This document shows positions 25,311 through 36,615 of a DNA stretch of 64,000 nt, piece after piece. Both the position numbers and the translations under genes were made by a program. Positions within the stretch are counted from its first letter, which is position 1; every line of letters begins with the position of its first letter. The notes beneath the pieces are model-generated. The model was not told where the DNA came from. It saw only the letters and a list, made by a program, of their open reading frames with translations, and made no database searches. The stretch is from Squalus acanthias (taxonomy: Eukaryota). The stretch is taken from positions 114,266,001 through 114,330,000 of the forward strand of contig CM059429.1 of assembly GCA_030390025.1 (NCBI GenBank), in the 5' to 3' direction.

Positions 25311-25627
25311 ATGACTCATGAACTGAGTTTTAAGTCTTAATTGGGAAAAATTCAGGTTGCATAAATTCTGTTGAATAATTCCAGATGCACATGCTAAAAG
25401 ATGTTCATGTTGAGCACCACCCATAAATCCACTGAAAACTTGCAGAAGGTTGATGTCATAACAATTTTGTGACAACCTGGGCTAATTACACTGTTGGAGT
25501 TACTCCACAAATATATTGCACAAACCCCAGCTCATAAATAATTCCTCAGCGTTAATTATAAGATTACGTGTGTACAGTGATGTCACTGTGCAAGAACTCG
25601 AAAGGCCTTCAGCTAAGCTGGTACTTT

Positions 25628-26055
25628 AGAAACATAGAAACATAGAATCTAGGAGCAGGAGTAGGCCATTCGGCCCGTCGAGCCTGCTCCACCATTCAAT
25701 ACGATCATGGCTGATCATCCAAATGCAGTACCCTGTCCCTGCTTTAATCCCCACAGTACACATATCCCACCCGACCCCCGTAACCCCACGTATTTAATTC
25801 CCCCTAACATATCCCATCCTATCCCCATAACCCCACATATTTAATCCCTCCCTAACACTAAGGGTCAATTTATCATAGCCAAATCAACCTAACCCGCACA
25901 TTTTTGGACTGTGGGAGGAAACCGGAGCACCCGGAGGAAACCCACGCAGACACGGGGAGAATGTGCAAACTCCACACAGACAGTCACCCGAGGTCAGATT
26001 CGAACCCGGGTCTCTGGCGCTGTGAGGCACCAGTGCTAACCACTATGCCACCGTG
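25628..26055 (-). mobile_element. Full-length V-SINE (HE1-like) with CR1-derived tail
   Basis: Head CACGGTGGCATAGTGGTTAGCACTGG...GGGTTCGAATC (A and B boxes); V-domain TGTCTGTGTGGAGTTTGCACATTCTCCCCGTGTCTGCGTGGGTTTCCTCCGGGTGCTCCGGTTTCCTCCCACAGTCCAAA; tail matching the CR1 3' UTR and ending in (TTCTATGT)n. Confidence 0.88.
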
Positions 26056-26156
26056 ATTATCAGCATTCTTCGTATGTAGAAATGGGTTTTGAGAAGTTGA
26101 TAATCAGATTATATTGCCCCGGAATTAACAGCGCTCGCCATCATTACCCCTCTGAA

Positions 26157-26223
26157 ACTGACCGCAACTTCAGGATTTAGTGCATGCATATCTCAACGCG
26201 GAATTCCTGAAGTTGCGGTCAGT
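26157..26223. repeat. Perfect 19-bp inverted repeat (MITE-derived hairpin)
   Basis: ACTGACCGCAACTTCAGGA (26157-26175) / TCCTGAAGTTGCGGTCAGT (26205-26223); resembles the hairpins at ~46177-46232 and ~56068-56110. Confidence 0.8.
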
Positions 26224-27184
26224 CATTCACTGCTCCGACACTGGCTGCGCTGTGGAATGCCTAGCTGAGGTCAGTTGACCGAGCACAAACTGGGAATCTA
26301 CACTGGGGCCCTCTGGTCTGAAAACATTAGACAGTGCCTTTATCCATTGAATAATTAGTAGATGTTTTTAGAGATGGTGAACATTTTCTTAGTTTGGCCC
26401 TGGACAAGTTCAAGATTTAAAGAAACTCTTAAACTTCCTCTTAGTTGAAAAACTGTTTTTTTTTAAATCATGAGAAAAAAAGTAAAGTAAGAATATGCTA
26501 CTCACTTACTAATTAAAATATCAACATTCTGGATTTTATTGATATGATATGAATGATTTTCTTCTGCGTTCTAAGTATTTTGTATTTTTATTATATAAAT
26601 GTATAATTCTTATGCATCAGTAGGTTTTTGCTGATCCAAATCTTCCTGTTCTGACTTGCGTAGCATAGTAACTGTGTTGTGTTATCAGTGCTGTTTAGCA
26701 TTAGTCATGTTTCTCAAGTCTGAAATGTAATTGCGACATTTTCTACATGTGCAAACCAAGTCAGATCATAGATTTATATCCAATCTGCCCGCCCAATTAT
26801 AGTTTGAAGTTAATGATGCCATGGATAGGTACCCTGGTTACACTGGTAATTTGAAACTGGATGGCACTGGGAATGTGAAACCCTGTGCTGCTTATGTCAG
26901 TGAAGACACCACCCAGTTGAATTGAAATTGTACAGACCACTATCGGTAGGCAGTCTGTTGGTACAATGGGGAGAAGCCAGATTCGGTGAAACTGCACCTC
27001 TCTGGTTTTCTAATCAGTTGAACTGGGACCATAACCATGCTATTGCACAAATAGTGTTGCATTGCAGCTAGCTCACATGTAGGCGACGGGGAGCGAATTG
27101 GAAGCGCGCATGCTTCTTGTGGTCAATTTTTTAAAAAACTGCACGTTTTATGCAGTCTGGCTCAGCTGATCCAGTTGTTTAGAA

Positions 27185-27270
27185 GGAGGCCATTCGACCC
27201 CTCGTGCCTGTGTTGGCTCTTTGAAAGAACTATCCAATTAGTACTACTCCCCTGCTCTGTTTACCCATAG
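27185..27270 (-). mobile_element. CR1 3' UTR fragment
   Basis: AGAAGGAGGCCATTCGACCCCTCGTGCCTGTG...TATCCAATTAGT matches the other CR1 3' ends. Confidence 0.8.
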
Positions 27271-27769
27271 CCATGTCAGATGCCAGATCAATACTGCAGC
27301 TATCCCACCAGTGGCTGCCTTGCCTCAATACAAATACAGCGGTTTGGAGACTCACATTGAGGTAATTATTTTTTCTCTATACCACAAGCAGTTTACACAG
27401 GAAGGTGCCACTGACTGTGGTCCCTGCTGTTTTTTCTGGCCACAAACTCTGAAACACAGCTTACCTCGACAAGTTAACATTGTGGTTTCTGCTGCTATGT
27501 ACAAGATATCCAGTTAGGTTTCTGGACAAATGTTTTCAGTCTCTATAGCTTCTGCACGTGCAGTTGTTTTCCTGTTGCTACCAGTGCTCTCAAATCTGCC
27601 CAAGAGGGCAAATTCAAAGTATCCTTTGTAATTAGTTTGATATCTGGTATGACTGTTCAACTCATGGGTATTTGACATTTTTGTTAGTTTCACAGGTGTC
27701 AGCATTCATCTAATCACCAAGTGATTTCAAACAAAAAATAATGTTGTTAAATTACTTAAAATAATTGTC

Positions 27770-28026
27770 AAAAAATCCAGGGGGACGTTAGATTTTTTTT
27801 TAATGCAGCAGGTGGTTATGATCTGGAATGCACTGCCTGAAAGGGTGGTGGAAGCAGATTCAATAACAACTTTCTGAAGGGAATTGGAGAAATTATTGAA
27901 AAGGAAATATTTGCAGGGCTATGGGGAAAGAGCAGGGGAGTGGGACTAATTGGATAGTTCTTTCAAAGAGCCGACACAGGCACGATGAGCTGAATGGCCT
28001 CCTTCTGTGCTGTAAGATTCTATGAT
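27770..28026 (+). mobile_element. CR1 3' fragment
   Basis: ATCTGGAATGCACTGCCTGAAAGGGTGGTGGAAGCA...GAATGGCCTCCTTCTGTGCTGTAAGATTCTATGAT. Confidence 0.9.
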
Positions 28027-28364
28027 CGTGACAGAATCTGAAACATTCTAAAGCCTCTAAGCTTCTCATTGGTTTAACAAGACTAGATTAATTTTTAAGC
28101 AATATCTGTTAGCACCACACCATATCATGACACCACAGCAGATATATATCACCATCAGATAGATGATTGTACCCTTGAGAATAATGTTTGTAACGCCATG
28201 TGATTATTAGTTTGTTTCCTTTTAAAATCTCCCCTTCCTGCATTGCTGTTTATTTTTTCTAGAATCAGTTTAGATATAAATTTGAGAGTAGTAATTTTGC
28301 ATATCCTTAGAAATAGTACATTTTTGAAAGTAAATTTAAGAAATTGTGATTTGTTAAAATCATA

Positions 28365-29262
28365 GGGGGAAAAATTCAGTTGGGTGCGCCTCCCGTTAGC
28401 GCCTTAAGAGGGCGCTAATGGGGCGCGAAGCAACTAGCGCCGGGGCGCGAAGCAACTAGCGCCCGGGCGCGGCGATGTTTGCGCCACTCACGAAATTAAC
28501 TAGACATTTTGCGGCGGCACTAAACACTACCACCACGTTCTCCTGCGCCGGCAGATCGTGACATCAGTCGAGTGCGCAGCGCCCCGGAGTGGATATTGAG
28601 TGGCGCCCCCTGCCTTACCGCCTGCCGCTAGCAACGACAGGTTGAGGGGAGCGTTTTGCAGTCAGGAAGGGACTGGGGGAGCGCTATTTAAAGGCGACCA
28701 CTTCCTGCCTTTTTTTGTTGGTGATATTTTTGAACCACGCATTCTGAGAGAGTGAGACTTCTGGAGAGATTCAATGCTGTGTGAAGGAGTTTTGGGTACT
28801 GAGCAGCACTTTGCAGGTTCATTTTGATTTGCCCTTCCTTGTATCGATTTAGAAGAGACTGTGGGGGCTGCACTCTGAGCTCTTTGCCTGGTACTCTCCA
28901 TTGTTCTTTCCAGCAGATTTGATGTACAGGTCTCTCCAGGCTGAGATTCAAGGCTGCAATGAGCAGGATGTGGATGGAAAGCAAGATCAACCCTCCCCTT
29001 TAAGAACTGGCTGGGGCCATTGTGTCTGTGTTCCATTACTGACTGACTTCACATGAGCTTCGCCAGCGCTCTGAGGTAGCGCCTCGCTCCTCGGCCTTTG
29101 CGCCTTAAGACAGATGTGTAGCGCCTGATTTAGCGCTCCAATCACCTCCAGGGGCGATAAAAGTCAAGTTTGCAGTCGGAGGCGATAATTAGCGCCAGGC
29201 GCTAATCTTTGCGCCCGGCCGATAATTGCGCCCCAAACGGGGCGATACCGAATTTTTCCCCC
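28365..29262. mobile_element. Non-autonomous PIF/Harbinger-like DNA transposon (898 bp)
   Basis: TIR GGGGGAAAAATTC(A/G)GT at both ends; 3-bp TSD ATA (28362-28364 / 29263-29265); CpG-rich subterminal GCGCC repeats. Confidence 0.85.
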
Positions 29263-29560
29263 ATAGAATTTTACAGCACAGGAGGCCATTCAGCCAATTG
29301 TACCTGCGCCTGCTGTTTGAAAGAGCTATCCATTTAGTCCCATTTCCCACACTCTTTTTCAAATATTTATCCACTACCCTTTTAAAAGCTATTATGGATT
29401 CTGCTTCCACCACTGCTTCTGGTAGGATATTCCATGTCCTATTAACGCTTTGCATTTACAAATAAATAGTTCTCCCCTCTTTCTCCCTTCATTCTTTTGG
29501 TGATCTCTCTTCAATTTATGTCCTCTATCTACCCACTCATTGACCAACGGAAATACTTTC
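29263..29560 (-). mobile_element. CR1 3' fragment
   Basis: TWNILPEAVVEAESIIAFKR peptide and CR1 3' UTR. Confidence 0.85.
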
Positions 29561-30857
29561 CTCATAGCCTCAATGTAAAAATGAGCTGGTTAGTCATTGA
29601 ATGGGAGCAGGGGTTGGGGAAGGAAGATCACCTGAGATGCTATTTTTAAGGCTATGGTGGATGATGATCATTTCTCGCTCCGTTCAGTTCTTTGTTAAAG
29701 GGCTATGTTGTCTTAACTCAGCTCTGTGTTTTTGTGTAGCTGTGGAGTGAGAGCAGGATCAGCCTCAGCTGTTGTACACCTTTCCCCTCCCACCCCCAGT
29801 CATATAACTTGGTCAGATGCTCACTGTCTCAGATATGCCAATGTAGAAAAGTAATAAAAAGCTGACCAACAGCTTCAAAAAAGCCCTAAAGAGAGACCTA
29901 TGACGTGGTTAAATTGAAAGTGCAATGCATCTCGTTTGTTATAGTTTAACCTGCAAGTATACCAATGTGTCACTAATTGAATTTTGAGGGCGGGGGAGTA
30001 CACACAAATGTAATTTTCAGTGGCAGTATTGGAAAGCTTTGGAGTGGGACGTGAACAAGATTTCTTCTTTAAGGGGACAAGCCCCAGAAAATTTTAGTTT
30101 TTCCATTTTCAGGAAATGAGAGAGCCACAATTTTCTACATTGACACACATTGTTGACAACTTACACACATAGGTCTGTGAGGAAAAGGAATATGGAGTTC
30201 ATGCTGAATATCAACATGTTCTGTGCCCATAGTGTATAAAGTTATCTTGTCTTCCTTCAATAATGTGCAGTTGTGACCATCATCTCCCTCTTCCTTTCCA
30301 TCGATTCTTCTTTCTTTTCAAGAGATACAGGATTAGTATCCACCTGTCTTCCCTCCACATCCATAGAGATAAGACATCGCTTTATGTAACTTGTGCTCAC
30401 CTCCTGGCAATTGGAACAAACATGTAGGAGTATGATTTTAGAAAATATAAACAAACTGCTTTGCTTTTCAACACAGCCTCATCTTCACATTTTCTGTCAA
30501 TCAAAGCTTTAAAAATAAATCTGAAATACCTGTAGTTGTTTTGCAGCTGAGCTGAGCCCCAGTTTAACTGCCAACTTACCAAAGCTAGAGTACAATCGAA
30601 TCAGTCCACCACACGTCTCCGCTCCTAACAACTGCAATTTGCCCCCCTCCAATCACAGGAGCCTTCTGCACACATGCAGACGAACCAAACCACAGTGACC
30701 TGTGAGATAACCTGTGGGGAAAGCAGGAAGTTTAAGTCCATGCCGATTTTTACTGGGAGATGTGGAGAAGCCTGGGGTGCAAAATGGCGACTGGCTACTG
30801 ACGGTTGGCATATTTACTGGCTAGGCTGAAGCTGAAGAATGGCCACTTTGATGAGAG

Positions 30858-32445
30858 AGAAAGATAGCTTTGCGTTTATATAGCGCCTTTCACAACCTCA
30901 GAACGTCTCAAAGTGCTTTACAGCCAATTAATACTTTTGAATTGTAGTCACTGTTGTAATGTAGGAAACGCAGCTCCAGAACTAGCCGCGCCTCTAGCCA
31001 AGCTGTTCCAGTACAGCTATAACACTGGCATTTATCCGACAATGTGGAAAACTGCCCAGGTATGCCCTGTCCACAAAAAGCAGGTCAAATCCAATCCTGC
31101 GAATTACCGCCCCATCAGTCTACTCTCAATCATCAGCAAAGTGATGGAAGGTGTCGTCGACAGTGCTATCAAGCAGCACTTACTCACCAATAACCTGCTC
31201 ACTGATGCCCAGTTTGGGTTCCACCAGGACCACTCAGCTCCAGACCTCATTACAGCCTTGATCCAAACATGGACAAAAGAACTGAATTCCAGAGCTGAGG
31301 TGAGAGTGACTGCCCTTGACATCAAGGCAGCATTTGACCAAGTGTGGCATCAAGGAGCCCTAGTAAAACTGAAGTCAAGGGGAATCAGGGGGAAAAATCT
31401 CCACTGGCTGGAGTCATACCTAGCACAAAGGAAGATAGTTGTGGTGGTTGAAGGTCAATCATCACAGCCCCAGGACATCGCTGCAGGAGTTCCTCAGGGC
31501 AGTGTCCTAGGCCCAACTATCTTCACCTGCTTCATCAATGACCTTCCCTCCATCATAAGGTCAGAAGTGGGGATGTTCGCTGATGACTGCACAGAGTTCA
31601 GTTCCATTCGCAACTCCTCAGATAATAAGAATCAGTCCATGCCCGCATGCAGCAAGACCTGGGCGACATTCAGGCTTGGGCTGATAAGTGGCAGGTAACA
31701 TTCGCGCCACACAAGTGTCAGGCAATGACTATCTCCAACAAGCGAGTGTCTAACCACCACCACTTAAACATTCACTCCCTCCACCACCGGCGTACCGTGG
31801 CTGCAGTGTGTACCATCTACAAGATGCACTGCAGCAACTCGCCAAGGCTTCTTCGGCAGCACCTCCCAAACCCGCGACCTCCACCACCTACAAGGACAAG
31901 GGCAGCAGGCACATGGGAATACCAACACCTCCAAGTTCCCCTCCAAGTCACACACCATCCTGACTTGGAAGTATATCGCCGTTCCTTCATCGTCGCTGGG
32001 TCAAAATCCTGGAACTCCCTCCCTAACAGCACTGTGGGAGTACCTTCACCACACGGACTGCAGCAGTTCAAGAAGGCGGCTCACCACCACCTTCTCGAGG
32101 GCAACTAGGGATGGGCAATAAATGCTGGCCTTGCCAGCGACGCCCATATCCTATGACGATTTTTAAAAATTGTGCACAGCAAGATCCCACAAACAGCAAT
32201 ATGACTAACCAGATCATCTGTTTTAGTGATGCTGGTTGAGGGATAAATATTGGCCAGGACACCAGGGAAAACTCACCTGCTCTTCTTCGAAATTGTGCCT
32301 TAATTTAACGTCTTATTCAAAGGAAAGCACTCCCTTAGTGCTGCACTGGAACGTCAGCCTAGATTTTGTACTCGAGTCCCTGGAGTGGAACTTGAACCCA
32401 CAACCTTCTGTTTCCGAGGCGAGAGGTGAGTCACGGCTGACACCT
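30858..32445 (-). mobile_element. Deu-domain SINE split by a LINE insertion (parts ~30858-30971 and ~32168-32445)
   Basis: The tail half (TTTATATAGCGCCTTTCAC...GTAGGAAACGCAGC) and the head half (TTGTGCACAGCAAGATCCCAC...GGCTGACAC) are contiguous in the 15212 copy. Confidence 0.8.
30972..32165 (+). mobile_element. LINE family B 3' fragment with internal deletion
   Basis: APELAAPLAKLFQ, GVPQGSVLGP, MFADD; near-identical to the 18028-20078 element. Confidence 0.92.
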
Positions 32446-32854
32446 AAGGCACCAGAGGACTGCAGCCAACTGTGGAACCAAACTACAGCATGAGCTAGCA
32501 CCTTCAGGAGTGCGGAGAGTAATCTGGAGAGGGAGATACAAAAGTAAAATGGCGTGCTCGTGAAAGCTGATACTTTTTTTTGTAAAACTAGGCAGAAAAG
32601 CCAAACCAGTGTCCATTTTCCCTGAGTATGCCACCATTCTCGGGGCTCGCAGCGCCTTCACTAATTCAAACTGTAAGGTTTTGCAGCCCGTCAGCTCCAT
32701 ACAGTGCAAATTAAAAAGAATTTAAAATGCTTAGTCAAGGCAGAGATTAAAATGAAATGTTAAATGTGGCCCAGTTTGTTTTTGTGGTGGTTTTAAGGTG
32801 GCCAACCTGTCGCAGATTTCCATTTTTGTTTGTGAATTGTGTAATTTTGTAAAA

Positions 32855-33166
32855 CGTGGCAATTTGTGCAAAACAAGTTTCCACAAACAGCAATGAAATA
32901 AATGACAGATAATCTGTTTTTTAGTGATGTTGGTTGAACAGTAAACATTGTCCAAGACACAGGGAGTACTCCTCCTCTTCTTTGAATAGTGCCATGGAAT
33001 ATTTTACATCTACCTGAGAGTGCAGAGGGATCCTCCGTTTCACATCTCATTTGAAAGACAGCACCTCTGGCAATGCAGCATTCCCTCAGTACTCCACCTA
33101 AGAGTTAGCCTAGATTATGTGCTAAAGTCTCTGGAGTGGGACTTGAACCACAACCTTCTGACTCAA
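32855..33166 (-). mobile_element. Deu-domain SINE fragment
   Basis: Matches the 15212 and 32168 copies (GCAGCATTCCCTCAGTACT...GGAGTGGGACTTGAACC). Confidence 0.75.
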
Positions 33167-34184
33167 GATGAGTTATTTTCTTGTTCCCTCCAATACAAGT
33201 GAAGGAGTGTTGTGTACACATTCCACTTAGGTTACAAAGCCCACGTAACTACTTGTTTTGTTAGCTTTTTGAGCTGTCAGTTATTTTGAAGCTGTTGGTC
33301 AGCTTTTGCTAGTTTGACAGGTATGCATAGGATAAATGACACCTATTATCCGGGACTATAGGATGTGGCCAGTGGTGGTCATGGAGAACCCTATAGCTTA
33401 GGTCTTCTCTTGTTTTTGGCCAAGGAAGGCTGTTGAGAGATGGAAGAGCTAAAGTTAGGAAATAGTTGATGCAGACAACCTTCTATTTGTGCTACAGAAT
33501 GTCTAAGGTTACATGCTACTTATTTTCTATTCAGGGCTATTTCTCAGTGGAGCTGGTAATTTGCTGTCCTTTGTGAGATCTTGCCCCATCTGGGTTGGTT
33601 AAATGAAAGATTGGTAGGGGAGTGTTGCTGGGATGGGCACGCAGGAAGGGCCCTAATAAATTTTGGTCGCTTTCCAGCTGCAGCCCATATTAACATCAGC
33701 TCTGGCTGGCAGATGTCACACAGTTGTCTTGTCCACATATTTAAACAGGAGGAACTGTGCTGTGCCACAATTGAGGCATACGTCATCCTACTATTAACAG
33801 GCAAACTATGTGAGACTGCACCCTATAGATGATCATCACATCATAGCCAACAAGCTGAGCACATGCAGTGGAGGCTGGGTGAATTGAGAGACTGGTCATA
33901 CTTCTTGTGACCTCCAGAATCTCTGCACAGAGACTGATGGCAAGGGCGAGATGAGAATGTGCACAAGAATGTGTCTGTTTGACCATAACCCCTTCAGCAA
34001 TTGTCTGAGCTTAATTTGTGGCATTTATGTGCAATAAAGTGTGTTCGATGCATGATTTTGAGCTGTCCTGATTCTGCTGCGTTTGTTAGTTATTATGTAC
34101 TTCTCCAGGCTTCTCTCCTTAATGGTGGGGTTGGTCTGCCTGTGTCTGGGGGAGAGGACGTGGGCTGATGTTTGGGGTGGAAAC

Positions 34185-34890
34185 GTATTGTTAAGACCAC
34201 CCATAAACACAGCAACATCTAAGTGTCTTGACCCAGCAGCGCTGAAGTTCTGAAACCAAAACAGGAAACTCTGGAAGCGCACAGCAGGGTGAGCATTTTA
34301 GGCCAGAACCCTCTTGGAACTGAATAACGAAGGCTGAACAAGCATTTTAATAGAATCAGAAAAAAGGTGGGAGGTGGGGGAGGGAAATGAATAGATGCTC
34401 CCAATAGATACTAAAAGAGAAGCAGGAAGTGGTTAGATCATCTCAGTCATGAAAGACATTAAAGAAACCAAGAGCACACAGCTGGCCAGGAATCTGTGCC
34501 CTGGTGTTGGCCTGTTTTTTTCTCTCTCTTCAGGACTGGAGTGTTTTGCCAGTAGTTTCTGTTTTAATTTGTCCCACTTACTCGCCTTTCCCCTCCCATT
34601 GCGTTAGCTATTCGCAGATTCTTGGTTTCTTTAATGTCTTTTATTTGTTCAATGTTTCTTTCTATTGTTTGAGATAACCTTTTACACCATCTTCTGTCTT
34701 GGTATGTATTTAAGTATCTTTCTTTTCCCCCACCCTCCCCATCCTCTTTTTCTGATTCTGTTAAAATGCTTGTTCATCTTTCAGCTCTGACAAGGGGCCT
34801 GGCCCAAAATGTTAATCCTGCTCCTGCATTTCCACCATTTTTCAGAACTTCACTGCTGCTGTGCTCATGGGGAGGTCTTAACAGTAAGTC
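34185..34890. repeat. Long degenerate inverted repeat (~290-bp arms), probably an old Penelope-like fold-back
   Basis: Complementary blocks: AAAGACATTAAAGAAACCAAGA/TCTTGGTTTCTTTAATGTCTTT; TGAACAAGCATTTTAATAGAATCAGAAAAA/TTTTTCTGATTCTGTTAAAATGCTTGTTCA; TGAAGTTCTGAAA/TTTCAGAACTTCA; TGTTAAGACC/GGTCTTAACA. Confidence 0.8.
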
Positions 34891-34979
34891 ATAGGAATGC
34901 CTGCCTCTATTTCTCAGCACTACTTGACCAATAATCCACTTGTGTGCCGAGGATGAATGGCCAATAAAGATTAAGTTTA

Positions 34980-35110
34980 AAATAAAGCAAAATACTGTAG
35001 ATACTGGAAGTTGGAAACAAAAGTAAAAAACAGAAAAACGCTGGAAACGTCCAGCACCTGTGGAGAGAACAAACCGATTTATGTGTGGACACTTCTTCAG
35101 AACTGAAAAG
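34980..35110 (-). mobile_element. Penelope-like pseudo-LTR fragment
   Basis: AAAGCAAAATACTGTAGATACTGGAA...AAAACGCTGGAAAC..CAGCACCTGTGGAGAGA...CTTCTTCAGAACT is the reverse complement of the 22249-22352 type sequence. Confidence 0.7.
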
Positions 35111-35124
35111 TAAGAGGCGAGCAG

Positions 35125-35450
35125 ACAGGGGAAAGGCTGTTCCCACTAGTTGATGGTACAAGACTAGGGGACACAGATTTAAGGTTTTGGGCAAGAGATA
35201 CAGGGGGGATGTGAGAAAAAACTTTTTTACGCAGCGAGTGGTGAGGACCTGGAACTCACTGCCGACGGACGTGGTGGAAGCGGAGACACTCAATGTTTTC
35301 AAGGGGAGACTGGATAGGCACTTGAGGGAAATAAACTTGCAGGGCTACGGGGATAGAGCGAGGGAATGGAACTGACTGGATTGCTCTACAGAGAGCCGGC
35401 ACGGACTCGATGGGCCGAATGGCCTCCTTCTGTGCCGTTATGACTCTGAC
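35125..35450 (+). mobile_element. CR1 3' fragment
   Basis: DVRKNFFTQRVVRTWNSLP peptide and CR1 3' UTR. Confidence 0.9.
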
Positions 35451-35544
35451 ATCTTAACGCAATCAGATAATGTGCTCATTAAGTCTTAGTTTTTGCACAT
35501 TTTTACATTGCATAACGTTTGAATTAATTCCGGTGAATAGCTGT

Positions 35545-35800
35545 GGCAATGACTGATACTAGACAGTGATGGGCTATTTGGCAATGGGAGCATCATAACC
35601 AAGCCTGATCCTCTTGCACACAACTGCAGCAAAAGTCATTGAATAGTCACTGATGTTTTTTTCCTGCCCCAATCCTCTTCCGAGCCTAGGGATGCTCAGA
35701 CTAGTTGTGGCATTTCACTGTCACTCCAGCAGAGGTCAGCTTACTCAGGACAGAGTAGGAATTGAAGCCAGGCCCTTTCAGGTGTAAATGGCACAGTATT
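35545..35800 (-). mobile_element. SINE family C fragment
   Basis: Degenerate similarity to 57640-57875 (GAGGTCAGCTTACTCAGGACAGA). Confidence 0.5.
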
Positions 35801-36439
35801 TCACCGTGCAGCAGTCAGACCTTCGAGGAGCTCGTCTGAATACAAAAGTGACTTAGCTCAGTCCTCCTTGTGTTCTTTTTCTCTAAAATATATATATTTT
35901 TAAAGGCAGTAAAAATTCCCATCTGGTGGGCCTTTACCTGCTGAGTTTTTCCAGCGTTTTCTGTTGTTATTTCGGGCCTTTATCTGTATTTGTTTTGTTT
36001 ATTATGTGTAAAATAAATGTAAACCTGAAAAATATGCATGCACAACAGGTCATTAGATGGGATTAATACATATTGTAAGGAAGATTAGACAGAGGTTACT
36101 TTAGAAAATAGGTCTGCTAGGAGCTATCAGATTGTTCTATATGTGTTGATATGCCACAGAAATATCTTTAAAATCCTTCACTGGCTTTTCATCGACTTGA
36201 CAAGTGATTTGCTTTGGTTAGGAAGGGTTCCTGTCATCAGATACTAAGTTCTTTTAGAAGGTGGCCTCAAGGTAAAAGCAGGCTTGTTATTTTTAAAAAT
36301 TAATATTTTGGCAGGTTTTCAGCAAGTTTGAGGTCACAGTTTTTCTTATCAGTCTCTGGGGATCTTCATAAAATGGCTATGTTGTGTCAGTTAACCTTAA
36401 AGAGGTTAGCAGAAAACAATCTGATAACTGAGCAACAAG

Positions 36440-36615
36440 TTGGGCCTTCACCTCTGGAACTTGGTCTCAAATCCAGCTGACACTGTTGGGATGAAAGTCT
36501 CATTCGTTCATTTTATTTAAGGGTCCTATGTGAAATGTGTTTGGGAAGTCTCAATCCAGTTTCTAGTGGGCCTACAGCACAAAACTGTCCCTAATTTAGC
36601 ATCAATTGGCAGTCC
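36440..36615 (+). mobile_element. LF-SINE-like fragment
   Basis: CCTTCACCTCTGG..AATCCAGC...CCTATGTGAAATGTGTTTGGGAAGTCTCAATCCAGTTTCTAGTGG..CACAAAAC..ATTGGCAGTC follows my recollection of the LF-SINE 5' half. No database check was possible. Confidence 0.6.

Noticed and set aside
25990-26055. tRNA-like sequence with A and B boxes
   Set aside because: It is the head of a V-SINE, not a tRNA gene; the same applies to the heads at ~15460-15525 and ~32385-32445.
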